Below, piece after piece: positions 44,001-54,287 of a DNA stretch of 64,000 nucleotides (positions are counted from its first letter, which is position 1; each line of letters begins with the position of its first letter). A program made the translations under genes and the position numbers. Where the stretch lies: contig LT635914.1 in the NCBI GenBank assembly GCA_900128565.1, positions 1 through 64,000 on the forward strand, written 5' to 3'. The stretch is from Stramenopiles sp. TOSAG23-6. Lineage: Eukaryota. The notes beneath the pieces were generated by a model. That model had not been told where the DNA came from. It saw only the letters and a list, made by a program, of their open reading frames with translations, and ran no database searches.

Positions 44001-47000
44001 TTCACGCAAATCTTTTCCGAACAGTTTGGACGGAATAATTAATTGTGTTATAACACATTTTGAAGAAACATTCGGATATGACGTTACTTGCAATTTATTC
44101 TCATTAATTCACTTATCGCTTTTTGGTATTTTTACGTGTGATATTCCTAACATCTTGAAGATAGTAGAAACTANTCGGAAGCAATCATATACTAAAAAAG
44201 GGTTGCTTGATGCACTAATTTCAAGTATGCGAGGTTTTCTACAACTTGTAGAACTGAGTCCGTATCCAAACATGTTGTGTATACANCATGAAAGAATATC
44301 ACAGATTATAGAAGCGAAATACTTGGGAGGTCCAGGTTCGGCTAATCGTGACATTTATGTTAGTGCTCTGGTACAATGGTGCAGAAGTGTTTCGGATCCA
44401 TATTGTGATTATTCTTTCCGTAAGCCAAATCCATATGCCCTTCAGGTGTATCCATTTTATCTTTGCCAACTGCAAGATCCCTCGAAAATGGGATTTCTCC
44501 AAATATGTTCAGTCTTTTGCAATTTGAGATTTCTCAAGGCCTATATNGTATTAGATGGTGCATCTGTGTATGAACTTATTGATCATTTTCANTATTTACT
44601 TCCAAATATCTTAGCCAAGCCGAATTTAATTTGTGAATCTTTTATAAATTCTGAAAAGCTGAAGCCTTTAACTGAGAATGTAATTACAANTGAGAATGGG
44701 ACGAGNACTAAGATTCTACCAGATTGTCTACGATCTCGAAGAGGGGAAATTGTCCAAGGCATTCAAAAGTATTTAACCTCAAAGGGAAACGAAAATTCTA
44801 AGCCAGTGAAATCAGCAATTCCAAAAATGCTACGCTTCCCTGAAATTAGTATTGATAATACGTTAAAGCGTTTCACTACAATGTTCACAAAATCTATTAC
44901 AGAGCATTTTTTCTTTCTCAGAGAGCGATCAATAGAACTGAATTCATCTCCTACAAAGATTTTCCAGCAAGCTTTGGGNAGTCAGGGTATCTCATCCATT
45001 GCGGCGGACTTTTGTACAAGTACATTGGAATCAAATATTGACACATTTGGCGCCTGTCCCATACTGATTCAACAGAAACTTCTATGCAAAGATACTGAAC
45101 GAAAAGACGCTAANCATGTTTATGCTGATATGAGAATGAATGTAATGTGTATGTCTCCGAATAAAGCTCAAGCTTTAATCGGATTTGAGAATGCAAATCT
45201 ACAAATAATAACTATAGATGAAACAATGACAGTAGATAAAAGCTTAGAAGGTCACACTTCTGGGATAACAAGTGTTTCGTGGTGCAGAGAGTGCATAGCT
45301 TCAGGTGATAGAGCTGGGGATATTCTTATTTGGAANAGCCCAGAGTATGAACTAACTTCCCGTATTGANGGGGGTCATAGCTCTTCCTCNGTTTCAGATA
45401 TTTCATTGACATATAATGGACTTTGGATTGTATCAGTATCTTCCGACTCCGCAATAAGATTCTGGAATTGCAAGAAATCCTCNGAGCAAGTAACTTCGTG
45501 GTCTGCAGCGTATGAATTAAGTCAGTTTACTGCGGTTGATTTTTCCCCATTTGGCGATAAGTGTGCTGTTGGTAATATCACTGGCAATATCATTTTATTT
45601 GATACTGATNATATTTCCGGGAGCAAAATTGTCATCGAAATAAAATATACAGCACACCATTTGGACAGAGTGACGTCATTGACTTGGCANCAAAGCAACG
45701 ACGTGTTTTGCACTACTTCGTTAGACGGATGTGCCATGCTGTGGAGTACAACAGGTAATATGTTCCTAGGTAAGAACCCAAATAACGGTGGTTGTATTTG
45801 TGTACTACGAGAAGATAAGGGTCATTCACGTGGCTTATTAAGCGCGGCGTTTAANGATGAAAAAGAAGGAGAACTTATTACATGCGGGCTAGATAATAGT
45901 ATTTTGCTCTGGGATATTAAGAAATGCAAAGTAATTCGATCTATTAGTGGACATAATGATGCAGTAAGCGGTTGTGATTTCCTCCATGATGGGACCATCA
46001 CCAGTTGTAGCCACGACACTACTGTGCGGTTATTTCTCCATACAGGAATGCAGTTAGGTTCTTCTTCAGATAAACGGTTGATGCTGAATGGGAAAACCCA
46101 CAAACATTCTAATNGGGTTATGTGCTGTAAAGTAAGTCATGATTCTCGGTACGTTGCGTGTGGTTCACTAGACTTATCGTTACATTTATGGGATATACAA
46201 TTGAATCAATTAGCATGTAAACTCAAAGGGCATATAGATTCAGTCTTATCAATTGCATTTGCATCACCCCAAAAGNGTGGCGAAATAATACTTTTCTCAG
46301 GCGGTGATGACGTTGATTCAAAAATTGTTGCGTGGAAATTTTCCACGGCCATTCAAAGCAAGANAAAGAAGCAACCACATGCATCCTTACTAGCATCCGA
46401 ATTAAGCACAATGGCCGCACACAACACAGGTATAACATGCTTAGTTGTGAATGAAGACCGTCTTATTTCGGGGGATAAAAACTCACTCATTGCAATTTGG
46501 GGATCTGGTAGCAAAACTAACGCATGGTCAAATCCTNAAAAACTGTATAATGTAAATTTGAAGTTTGGTCCTATTTCTTCATTCGTGCTTTCCACTAATA
46601 GTGGTGAAGATGGAAGTTACTTAGTAGTAATGAATGATGTGGGGGTGGTGAACACACATTGCGTGGATCTTGAAAATAGTTCACTATCTTTACGTAATGC
46701 AACACCAAATTGGAATGCTTCCAATCACCCAAAACTTCGAGGTAGATTAAGCGCCATGTGCATTGCAGCAGATGGAAATTTAATTGCAATTGGTGATGAT
46801 ATTTCTAACATTGCAGTNTGGAATACCCTAAGTTTGGCTAGAAAACCAGAAATCTCGACACTGCCTGGTGCATTTGCTGGACATTCTGCGGCAATATCGA
46901 CGCTAGCATTTTCACCAAATCTCATGTTTCTTGTATCTGGAGGTTATGATCAACGAATGATGTTATGGTGCCCCNTTACTGGGTATAGGTACTGTGAATA

Positions 47001-47865
47001 TAAGTTTTATGTTTGTATTACTGCAATATTTGTTTCTTCTGACAACAAAACTTTGACTTGTGGAGATGACACAGGTAATATTTATATAATGCAAATATAC
47101 GAACCACTGGCTGGTTTAGGACAAATCAATCGAATATTTACAATGAACATTTTATACCAGCGGTGGGGAAAGGTCGTAGATAAATTTGGTTCTATAATCA
47201 GTTGCAGCGATTCAAAATCACCCAAACAAAATAAAAAGGCTAGAAAAGGAAGAAAGAGAAGTATAGGTTGGGCGGTATTAGAAAAAAAAATAAGGTCAAG
47301 GGCTAAATGGAAGCGTGAAAATAATTCATATTTGATTGCAAATTTATCCAGATCGGAAGATAATGAAGACAACCAAGAAAAAAGAGATTCTTTGGATATT
47401 ATAGATTTATTCCAACAAAAAGGAATGATTTACAACAGATTTATCATTGATGCTCAGTCTCGTTTAAAATTGACATTCTGGGAATTGCGGGATTTTTACA
47501 TTACTTCTATTGCGTCAAAAATTCACGAAAATCATCGTAAGCTTTTTCTAAAATTTGACGGTACTTACACTTCAAACAAAGTAATTGTCGGAGGAAAAAG
47601 TTTTGATTTTTCTAATTTAAGTTTTGAAGACCTTCCGTGTACATCGCAGTATCGCCTCCTGGAAGTAGCTACTGCCGCAGTGAATGTAATTATGTCACAT
47701 TTCCTTCAATGTTGCTCAAGTGAAGCATTGAGATTGGAGTTTTCCATCTTGCCAGAGCACTGTGTTCAAGTATTTGACCAGTTATCTGACGAAAGTATCG
47801 ACACGCGCCTCGTAAATGAAGCATTAAATTTAGTATTTATTGAATTCCAGAATAATAAAAAATAA
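41092..47865 (+). CDS. TEP1/NWD-like DUF4062-NACHT-WD40 protein (copy 3)
   Basis: 6056-12829 + 35036. Confidence 0.8.
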   Translation: MLGNASEPRXFAKXLPEMEGFDVVGSFFGRGSGHTXKKSTAVEVENAKTAKHEIVPQIDNDVQNRIEVPEKKKKKKIRKKKSRKELCKEQIAQERFPAAITTAKKGILMNPKDIEMHKLLAMAERMERQRTEHVSASWLKRRIRKNRXPVLKISEFDTSKTFEHTEPMNASADIIPRPDPVNPGATQITAKXMQRGRKAKXSSMKLSDSKSIPYHVKKQEDFXRYNKSLQRLRTTGNPSSSEMRTQTKYGNSGNQYKQRIRPSTAPAMLSKEKKVSGKSGNINYQRQRKLLATFGIPFDLESKTRXYXNNRKAFSAQRGMRPSTSCSPXKKYFXGDKKXKSTSLSPRRRSNNSRFPDVEEVYPIKINSHVHLPHLNIKMPIPIQTLHAHHIHNDCTEIRLSSHYTNISSKQMSQGKTRQKPINQKNAXQRELILMHREDCASHHCMIWGEGEAALRAHGFQRNVYIYLAXVGKGFEEEHWVFHNVVVPLLNRRLKEKNLCIXVQLKDGSHVETSLNLLENMQRGIKTCKPFYVALIGEEYGWIPDTKLCGANGVRSLFHMTIKAMNRSALPSHRFIYNRILKNNTKISKENXNLNLLEIDIKSYDEKFSKSCRNTYECRQGALNEVNSIDRLSLNTLASIAIDDIFEALQYEFGFDCSPCTYGLPGNYDSVKTSQSKLEVSGHKLLIQESFLHQHLVSQYTSQYVPYFSDDFNDRVVDEIMDELWTAGEHGKPLVWERPLNLAGIGVTTLCAKIAHVCPKVCKEKERNSVISLSHFVGASPNSYDCRRMLFRLCFELQXRFEICVNTRIPGEYSSLRPYFFNLLDKVXLKAERDNLQLLICIDDAHKLSVPYKSEEFDWIPYRFRNNGHIMIMITMPMGKLPKGKPETXVFDIKHLLPSGKTLIKFSTLVVKSXIRRSNIASKSLXHRNIDNTLISLIDMXSNTEFQNITITPLYLEIATYIFFSEDLGVSRKSFPNSLDGIINCVITHFEETFGYDVTCNLFSLIHLSLFGIFTCDIPNILKIVETXRKQSYTKKGLLDALISSMRGFLQLVELSPYPNMLCIXHERISQIIEAKYLGGPGSANRDIYVSALVQWCRSVSDPYCDYSFRKPNPYALQVYPFYLCQLQDPSKMGFLQICSVFCNLRFLKAYXVLDGASVYELIDHFXYLLPNILAKPNLICESFINSEKLKPLTENVITXENGTXTKILPDCLRSRRGEIVQGIQKYLTSKGNENSKPVKSAIPKMLRFPEISIDNTLKRFTTMFTKSITEHFFFLRERSIELNSSPTKIFQQALXSQGISSIAADFCTSTLESNIDTFGACPILIQQKLLCKDTERKDAXHVYADMRMNVMCMSPNKAQALIGFENANLQIITIDETMTVDKSLEGHTSGITSVSWCRECIASGDRAGDILIWXSPEYELTSRIXGGHSSSXVSDISLTYNGLWIVSVSSDSAIRFWNCKKSXEQVTSWSAAYELSQFTAVDFSPFGDKCAVGNITGNIILFDTDXISGSKIVIEIKYTAHHLDRVTSLTWXQSNDVFCTTSLDGCAMLWSTTGNMFLGKNPNNGGCICVLREDKGHSRGLLSAAFXDEKEGELITCGLDNSILLWDIKKCKVIRSISGHNDAVSGCDFLHDGTITSCSHDTTVRLFLHTGMQLGSSSDKRLMLNGKTHKHSNXVMCCKVSHDSRYVACGSLDLSLHLWDIQLNQLACKLKGHIDSVLSIAFASPQKXGEIILFSGGDDVDSKIVAWKFSTAIQSKXKKQPHASLLASELSTMAAHNTGITCLVVNEDRLISGDKNSLIAIWGSGSKTNAWSNPXKLYNVNLKFGPISSFVLSTNSGEDGSYLVVMNDVGVVNTHCVDLENSSLSLRNATPNWNASNHPKLRGRLSAMCIAADGNLIAIGDDISNIAXWNTLSLARKPEISTLPGAFAGHSAAISTLAFSPNLMFLVSGGYDQRMMLWCPXTGYRYCEYKFYVCITAIFVSSDNKTLTCGDDTGNIYIMQIYEPLAGLGQINRIFTMNILYQRWGKVVDKFGSIISCSDSKSPKQNKKARKGRKRSIGWAVLEKKIRSRAKWKRENNSYLIANLSRSEDNEDNQEKRDSLDIIDLFQQKGMIYNRFIIDAQSRLKLTFWELRDFYITSIASKIHENHRKLFLKFDGTYTSNKVIVGGKSFDFSNLSFEDLPCTSQYRLLEVATAAVNVIMSHFLQCCSSEALRLEFSILPEHCVQVFDQLSDESIDTRLVNEALNLVFIEFQNNKK

Positions 47866-47967
47866 ATGTAAAATCAATAAATCTCATAGGTTTCATCAAA
47901 GCTTTTTGCAAGTAATCTTTTTGTGGCAATTTACATTAAAAACGGATAGATATATCCTATGACTCAA

Positions 47968-49629
47968 CTAATCTGTTTTTTGTCTTTTTTTATATCTACC
48001 AACATCGCCTTCTTCTTCATCAGAGTCTGGCATATTTGTACCCNTGCCACTTTCAACGACAGCGCGAATCAAACCGAACAGTTTCTCCGCAGTCGGTCGT
48101 TCCAATTCCTTAATCAAAAGTGGCGCCAAAAGTTTCGCAATATCATGTTTTTGTTTGATTTTGAAGGAGTTCCAAATAGAGCCCCAGAATGGGGCAGTTA
48201 TCATATTTCTATTGTAATATTTCATATACGTACGGACCCAAGTACCGCTATCAAAAGAGGGCTTATCTGGAATCGGATTATCAAGAAAATTNATTAAGGT
48301 TTCTACCGGCCTTTTTCGTTCTTCTTCAGGCATCCAATAAATATGTTTTTGAAAATGCTCACGAAATGATCGATTCCACAGTATTATATTTTGGCCTAAT
48401 AAAACCTCTACCATGATTACACCAACACTAAACATATCCATATTTTTCATATTTCCATCATTCCCCAAAAATGACTCAAANCCTTTAAGTAATTCATCAC
48501 TTGCACTCTCAAAATCGAGATTATTTTGAAGATGTGAAAACCAATTCGCGATATTTGGTGGNCCAACAGGGTTCACAGAGTGTATCAAAGCTTCATTATA
48601 AGGATATGTCACTGATTTTGGGTCACAACCCCAACCAGAATCACTCCATGATGTATGACTTTGATTATATACAAATGTATCAAAACGGGCAATATCTTCT
48701 GGACTCATACCTTTTTGACNCTTAAAGCCATATTCTTCCTTATAACTTGCCACAATATCTTCGTATTCACCATTTAACTCTACACATGAATTACCAAAGT
48801 CTCCAATACGAATTGTAGAATTTTCAAAATCCACAAATAAATTCTCTGGTTTTAAATCCATATGGTAAACTCCTTTTGAGTGCATTGATCTGAGGCCATT
48901 TGCTGCACTTAAAAAGATACTACAAAACCAATCAAAAATACTTGATTTTTTCCAGTGTTCCAAAACCAGNACATTAAATAAACTATCAAACTCATTGCTT
49001 GCACCGGGTATTTTCTCTTCGATTAAATCTTTGGGCATTGTTTTTGACATAAAACTTATATTATATATTAGATCAATTATTTCTTTCAGATTTCTGGAAT
49101 TATTCACAATTCTGGGACCAATTATTTGCGGCTGAACGTTCACACTTGGGCGACCCCTTTCAATCTTCTCAAAAACAATGGTTGGATTAGGAGCGAAAGC
49201 ACCATCTTGATAAAAGCTTCCGATGTAACCCACCAAATTTTTACGTAAGCATTCACTCTGTTTTGCCTTACATATTAAGTTAGAAAACGCAATTTCTCTT
49301 GTCATTGAATAAGGTAGCGCTGGTTCAATAAACTCTTTTAATGCTACTTGNTTATCACAATCAGCATCCGANTCAAAATATTCTTTTGTTGATTCAGTGC
49401 GTTTCATTGTCCCGCCACTTACGATTCCATATGTACCTCTACCAATTTCTTCTGCTTTAGTAAAATCTCTCGAGTTTAAAGAGCCAACCTTCCAACTTCC
49501 CATCGTAGTATTAAAAATAGTTATAGAATCACCAAGTGCTACATCTAAAACTCTTTCAGCGTCTCCTACTGCTGCTTCAACAACCGAATTTATTCGAATT
49601 ACCAAAACTATCAAGACTACAAACTTCAT
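47968..49629 (-). CDS. Signal-peptide protein kinase (copy 3)
   Basis: 12932-14593 + 35036. Confidence 0.86.
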   Translation of the reverse strand: MKFVVLIVLVIRINSVVEAAVGDAERVLDVALGDSITIFNTTMGSWKVGSLNSRDFTKAEEIGRGTYGIVSGGTMKRTESTKEYFXSDADCDXQVALKEFIEPALPYSMTREIAFSNLICKAKQSECLRKNLVGYIGSFYQDGAFAPNPTIVFEKIERGRPSVNVQPQIIGPRIVNNSRNLKEIIDLIYNISFMSKTMPKDLIEEKIPGASNEFDSLFNXLVLEHWKKSSIFDWFCSIFLSAANGLRSMHSKGVYHMDLKPENLFVDFENSTIRIGDFGNSCVELNGEYEDIVASYKEEYGFKXQKGMSPEDIARFDTFVYNQSHTSWSDSGWGCDPKSVTYPYNEALIHSVNPVXPPNIANWFSHLQNNLDFESASDELLKXFESFLGNDGNMKNMDMFSVGVIMVEVLLGQNIILWNRSFREHFQKHIYWMPEEERKRPVETLXNFLDNPIPDKPSFDSGTWVRTYMKYYNRNMITAPFWGSIWNSFKIKQKHDIAKLLAPLLIKELERPTAEKLFGLIRAVVESGXGTNMPDSDEEEGDVGRYKKRQKTD

Positions 49630-49879
49630 TTTCAAATACTGTAAGCCTACTTTATACCAATAGTTTATTAAAAATGATGACTGCGGAGCAATCGATTATT
49701 GTGAAATAAAGTAAAAAGGAAAGAGCAATGAAAAAGAGATGGGTTAGTTATACCATATGTATACCTATATATGTTCAGAAAGAGCCAGTTCGGCCGGTGT
49801 ACCGGGTATCGTTCCGCTCGTGCGCGTCGGTCATTTGCAAGTTCCTTTGCTATGCAGCTACTCGCATTGTAATATTTCC

Positions 49880-50962
49880 ATGACAACACCAAGTCCTGAG
49901 AATATGACGACTATTAATGATGACCTTTCAGCTAAAGCAGACGAGCTTCGATCTCTCCTCGCAAACCAAAAAGAGCTTGTACGGGGCATGAAAAAAGATA
50001 AGGGAAATCATTCTGCTGAAGAGATTAAGGCTGCTGTTACAAAGATGCAAAAGTTGGCGAAAGATCTACGGTTAGTACTCAAAGACGTCAGCGTCGATTT
50101 AGAAGTTCCTGACGAGGCAGCTTTGCAAAAACTTTTGAAACAACGTTTTTTCGTTGTCCCATCTTTTGAGATCTATGGAGGTTGTGGTGGGCTCTACGAT
50201 TTCGGTCCTCCTGGTTGTGCCCTCAAGGCCAACTTCATTTCTCTGTGGCGCAATCACTTTGTGATGCAGGAAAATATGTTAGAAGTTGACTGCACTAATC
50301 TTACACCAGAATCCGTTCTCAAGACATCAGGGCATGTAGACCTTTTCACCGATCTCATGGTGAAAGATCTTGTCACTGGTGAACCTCACCGTGCTGACAA
50401 ACTTCTTGAACTTCATATTGAAGAGCTATTGAAAGATGTAGAAATGCCAACTGCTAAACGCAGGGAGCTCGAACGGATTCATGCTCAGGCTGATGCTTTT
50501 TCACCAACTGAACTCGATTCACAATTCGAACGATTCGGTATTAAATCNCCAACGACTGACAACGAGTTAAGTACTTCTTTCCCTTTTAATCTAATGTTTG
50601 CTACAACAATCGGCCCAGAAGGCCATAATAAAGGTTTCCTCCGTCCTGANACTGCACAAGGAATTTTTGTTAACTTTAAGCGACTCCTTGAATTTAATGC
50701 AGGCAAAATGCCATTTGCTGCTGCACAGGTAGGCATTGGCTTTCGCAATGAAATTTCTCCTCGCGGTGGACTCATTCGCGTTCGTGANTTTCCAATGGCT
50801 GAAATTGAACATTTTGTTAACCCTAACAATAAGAAACATCCAAAATTTAAACATATTTCTGATATGAAGATTCCACTTTTTCCAAGTTCTTCTCAACTTG
50901 GCGATGGAAAGTTATGTGAGATATCTATAGGAGAAGCAGTAAAAAATGGAGTAGTCGATAAT
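49880..50962 (+). CDS. GARS1: Glycyl-tRNA synthetase exon 1 (copy 3, partial gene)
   Basis: 14844-15926 + 35036. Confidence 0.9.
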
Positions 50963-51190
50963 GTACGTTTTCACTACATTTTACATATATTTTGTTTTTT
51001 CGTGTTTTTTACGAAAAAAAAAATTTGTACTTGAAAATTGTTTTTTTTACTCAAAAAAAAAAAAAAAAAAAAAAATATTTTTTTTTTTTTTTTTTTTTTT
51101 GAGTAAAAAAAACAATTTTCAAGTACAAATTTTTTTTTTCGTAAAAAACACGAAAAAACAAAATATATGTAAAATGTAGTGAAAACGTAC

Positions 51191-52273
51191 ATTATCGACT
51201 ACTCCATTTTTTACTGCTTCTCCTATAGATATCTCACATAACTTTCCATCGCCAAGTTGAGAAGAACTTGGAAAAAGTGGAATCTTCATATCAGAAATAT
51301 GTTTAAATTTTGGATGTTTCTTATTGTTAGGGTTAACAAAATGTTCAATTTCAGCCATTGGAAANTCACGAACGCGAATGAGTCCACCGCGAGGAGAAAT
51401 TTCATTGCGAAAGCCAATGCCTACCTGTGCAGCAGCAAATGGCATTTTGCCTGCATTAAATTCAAGGAGTCGCTTAAAGTTAACAAAAATTCCTTGTGCA
51501 GTNTCAGGACGGAGGAAACCTTTATTATGGCCTTCTGGGCCGATTGTTGTAGCAAACATTAGATTAAAAGGGAAAGAAGTACTTAACTCGTTGTCAGTCG
51601 TTGGNGATTTAATACCGAATCGTTCGAATTGTGAATCGAGTTCAGTTGGTGAAAAAGCATCAGCCTGAGCATGAATCCGTTCGAGCTCCCTGCGTTTAGC
51701 AGTTGGCATTTCTACATCTTTCAATAGCTCTTCAATATGAAGTTCAAGAAGTTTGTCAGCACGGTGAGGTTCACCAGTGACAAGATCTTTCACCATGAGA
51801 TCGGTGAAAAGGTCTACATGCCCTGATGTCTTGAGAACGGATTCTGGTGTAAGATTAGTGCAGTCAACTTCTAACATATTTTCCTGCATCACAAAGTGAT
51901 TGCGCCACAGAGAAATGAAGTTGGCCTTGAGGGCACAACCAGGAGGACCGAAATCGTAGAGCCCACCACAACCTCCATAGATCTCAAAAGATGGGACAAC
52001 GAAAAAACGTTGTTTCAAAAGTTTTTGCAAAGCTGCCTCGTCAGGAACTTCTAAATCGACGCTGACGTCTTTGAGTACTAACCGTAGATCTTTCGCCAAC
52101 TTTTGCATCTTTGTAACAGCAGCCTTAATCTCTTCAGCAGAATGATTTCCCTTATCTTTTTTCATGCCCCGTACAAGCTCTTTTTGGTTTGCGAGGAGAG
52201 ATCGAAGCTCGTCTGCTTTAGCTGAAAGGTCATCATTAATAGTCGTCATATTCTCAGGACTTGGTGTTGTCAT
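51191..52273 (-). CDS. GARS1: Glycyl-tRNA synthetase exon 1 (copy 4, partial gene)
   Basis: Mirror about 51076.5. Confidence 0.9.
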
Positions 52274-52523
52274 GGAAATATTACAATGCGAGTAGCTGCA
52301 TAGCAAAGGAACTTGCAAATGACCGACGCGCACGAGCGGAACGATACCCGGTACACCGGCCGAACTGGCTCTTTCTGAACATATATAGGTATACATATGG
52401 TATAACTAACCCATCTCTTTTTCATTGCTCTTTCCTTTTTACTTTATTTCACAATAATCGATTGCTCCGCAGTCATCATTTTTAATAAACTATTGGTATA
52501 AAGTAGGCTTACAGTATTTGAAA

Positions 52524-54185
52524 ATGAAGTTTGTAGTCTTGATAGTTTTGGTAATTCGAATAAATTCGGTTGTTGAAGCAGCAGTAGGAGACGCTGAAAG
52601 AGTTTTAGATGTAGCACTTGGTGATTCTATAACTATTTTTAATACTACGATGGGAAGTTGGAAGGTTGGCTCTTTAAACTCGAGAGATTTTACTAAAGCA
52701 GAAGAAATTGGTAGAGGTACATATGGAATCGTAAGTGGCGGGACAATGAAACGCACTGAATCAACAAAAGAATATTTTGANTCGGATGCTGATTGTGATA
52801 ANCAAGTAGCATTAAAAGAGTTTATTGAACCAGCGCTACCTTATTCAATGACAAGAGAAATTGCGTTTTCTAACTTAATATGTAAGGCAAAACAGAGTGA
52901 ATGCTTACGTAAAAATTTGGTGGGTTACATCGGAAGCTTTTATCAAGATGGTGCTTTCGCTCCTAATCCAACCATTGTTTTTGAGAAGATTGAAAGGGGT
53001 CGCCCAAGTGTGAACGTTCAGCCGCAAATAATTGGTCCCAGAATTGTGAATAATTCCAGAAATCTGAAAGAAATAATTGATCTAATATATAATATAAGTT
53101 TTATGTCAAAAACAATGCCCAAAGATTTAATCGAAGAGAAAATACCCGGTGCAAGCAATGAGTTTGATAGTTTATTTAATGTNCTGGTTTTGGAACACTG
53201 GAAAAAATCAAGTATTTTTGATTGGTTTTGTAGTATCTTTTTAAGTGCAGCAAATGGCCTCAGATCAATGCACTCAAAAGGAGTTTACCATATGGATTTA
53301 AAACCAGAGAATTTATTTGTGGATTTTGAAAATTCTACAATTCGTATTGGAGACTTTGGTAATTCATGTGTAGAGTTAAATGGTGAATACGAAGATATTG
53401 TGGCAAGTTATAAGGAAGAATATGGCTTTAAGNGTCAAAAAGGTATGAGTCCAGAAGATATTGCCCGTTTTGATACATTTGTATATAATCAAAGTCATAC
53501 ATCATGGAGTGATTCTGGTTGGGGTTGTGACCCAAAATCAGTGACATATCCTTATAATGAAGCTTTGATACACTCTGTGAACCCTGTTGGNCCACCAAAT
53601 ATCGCGAATTGGTTTTCACATCTTCAAAATAATCTCGATTTTGAGAGTGCAAGTGATGAATTACTTAAAGGNTTTGAGTCATTTTTGGGGAATGATGGAA
53701 ATATGAAAAATATGGATATGTTTAGTGTTGGTGTAATCATGGTAGAGGTTTTATTAGGCCAAAATATAATACTGTGGAATCGATCATTTCGTGAGCATTT
53801 TCAAAAACATATTTATTGGATGCCTGAAGAAGAACGAAAAAGGCCGGTAGAAACCTTAATNAATTTTCTTGATAATCCGATTCCAGATAAGCCCTCTTTT
53901 GATAGCGGTACTTGGGTCCGTACGTATATGAAATATTACAATAGAAATATGATAACTGCCCCATTCTGGGGCTCTATTTGGAACTCCTTCAAAATCAAAC
54001 AAAAACATGATATTGCGAAACTTTTGGCGCCACTTTTGATTAAGGAATTGGAACGACCGACTGCGGAGAAACTGTTCGGTTTGATTCGCGCTGTCGTTGA
54101 AAGTGGCANGGGTACAAATATGCCAGACTCTGATGAAGAAGAAGGCGATGTTGGTAGATATAAAAAAAGACAAAAAACAGATTAG
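52524..54185 (+). CDS. Signal-peptide protein kinase (copy 4)
   Basis: Translation identical to the other copies. Confidence 0.86.
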   Translation: MKFVVLIVLVIRINSVVEAAVGDAERVLDVALGDSITIFNTTMGSWKVGSLNSRDFTKAEEIGRGTYGIVSGGTMKRTESTKEYFXSDADCDXQVALKEFIEPALPYSMTREIAFSNLICKAKQSECLRKNLVGYIGSFYQDGAFAPNPTIVFEKIERGRPSVNVQPQIIGPRIVNNSRNLKEIIDLIYNISFMSKTMPKDLIEEKIPGASNEFDSLFNXLVLEHWKKSSIFDWFCSIFLSAANGLRSMHSKGVYHMDLKPENLFVDFENSTIRIGDFGNSCVELNGEYEDIVASYKEEYGFKXQKGMSPEDIARFDTFVYNQSHTSWSDSGWGCDPKSVTYPYNEALIHSVNPVXPPNIANWFSHLQNNLDFESASDELLKXFESFLGNDGNMKNMDMFSVGVIMVEVLLGQNIILWNRSFREHFQKHIYWMPEEERKRPVETLXNFLDNPIPDKPSFDSGTWVRTYMKYYNRNMITAPFWGSIWNSFKIKQKHDIAKLLAPLLIKELERPTAEKLFGLIRAVVESGXGTNMPDSDEEEGDVGRYKKRQKTD

Positions 54186-54287
54186 TTGAGTCATAGGATA
54201 TATCTATCCGTTTTTAATGTAAATTGCCACAAAAAGATTACTTGCAAAAAGCTTTGATGAAACCTATGAGATTTATTGATTTTACAT

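Larger units (their letters stand above)
33559..51076 (+). repeat. Copy 3 (complete, forward) of the 17,518-nt unit
   Basis: All ORFs equal copy 1 coordinates + 35,036; mirror of copy 2 about 33558.5. Confidence 0.97.
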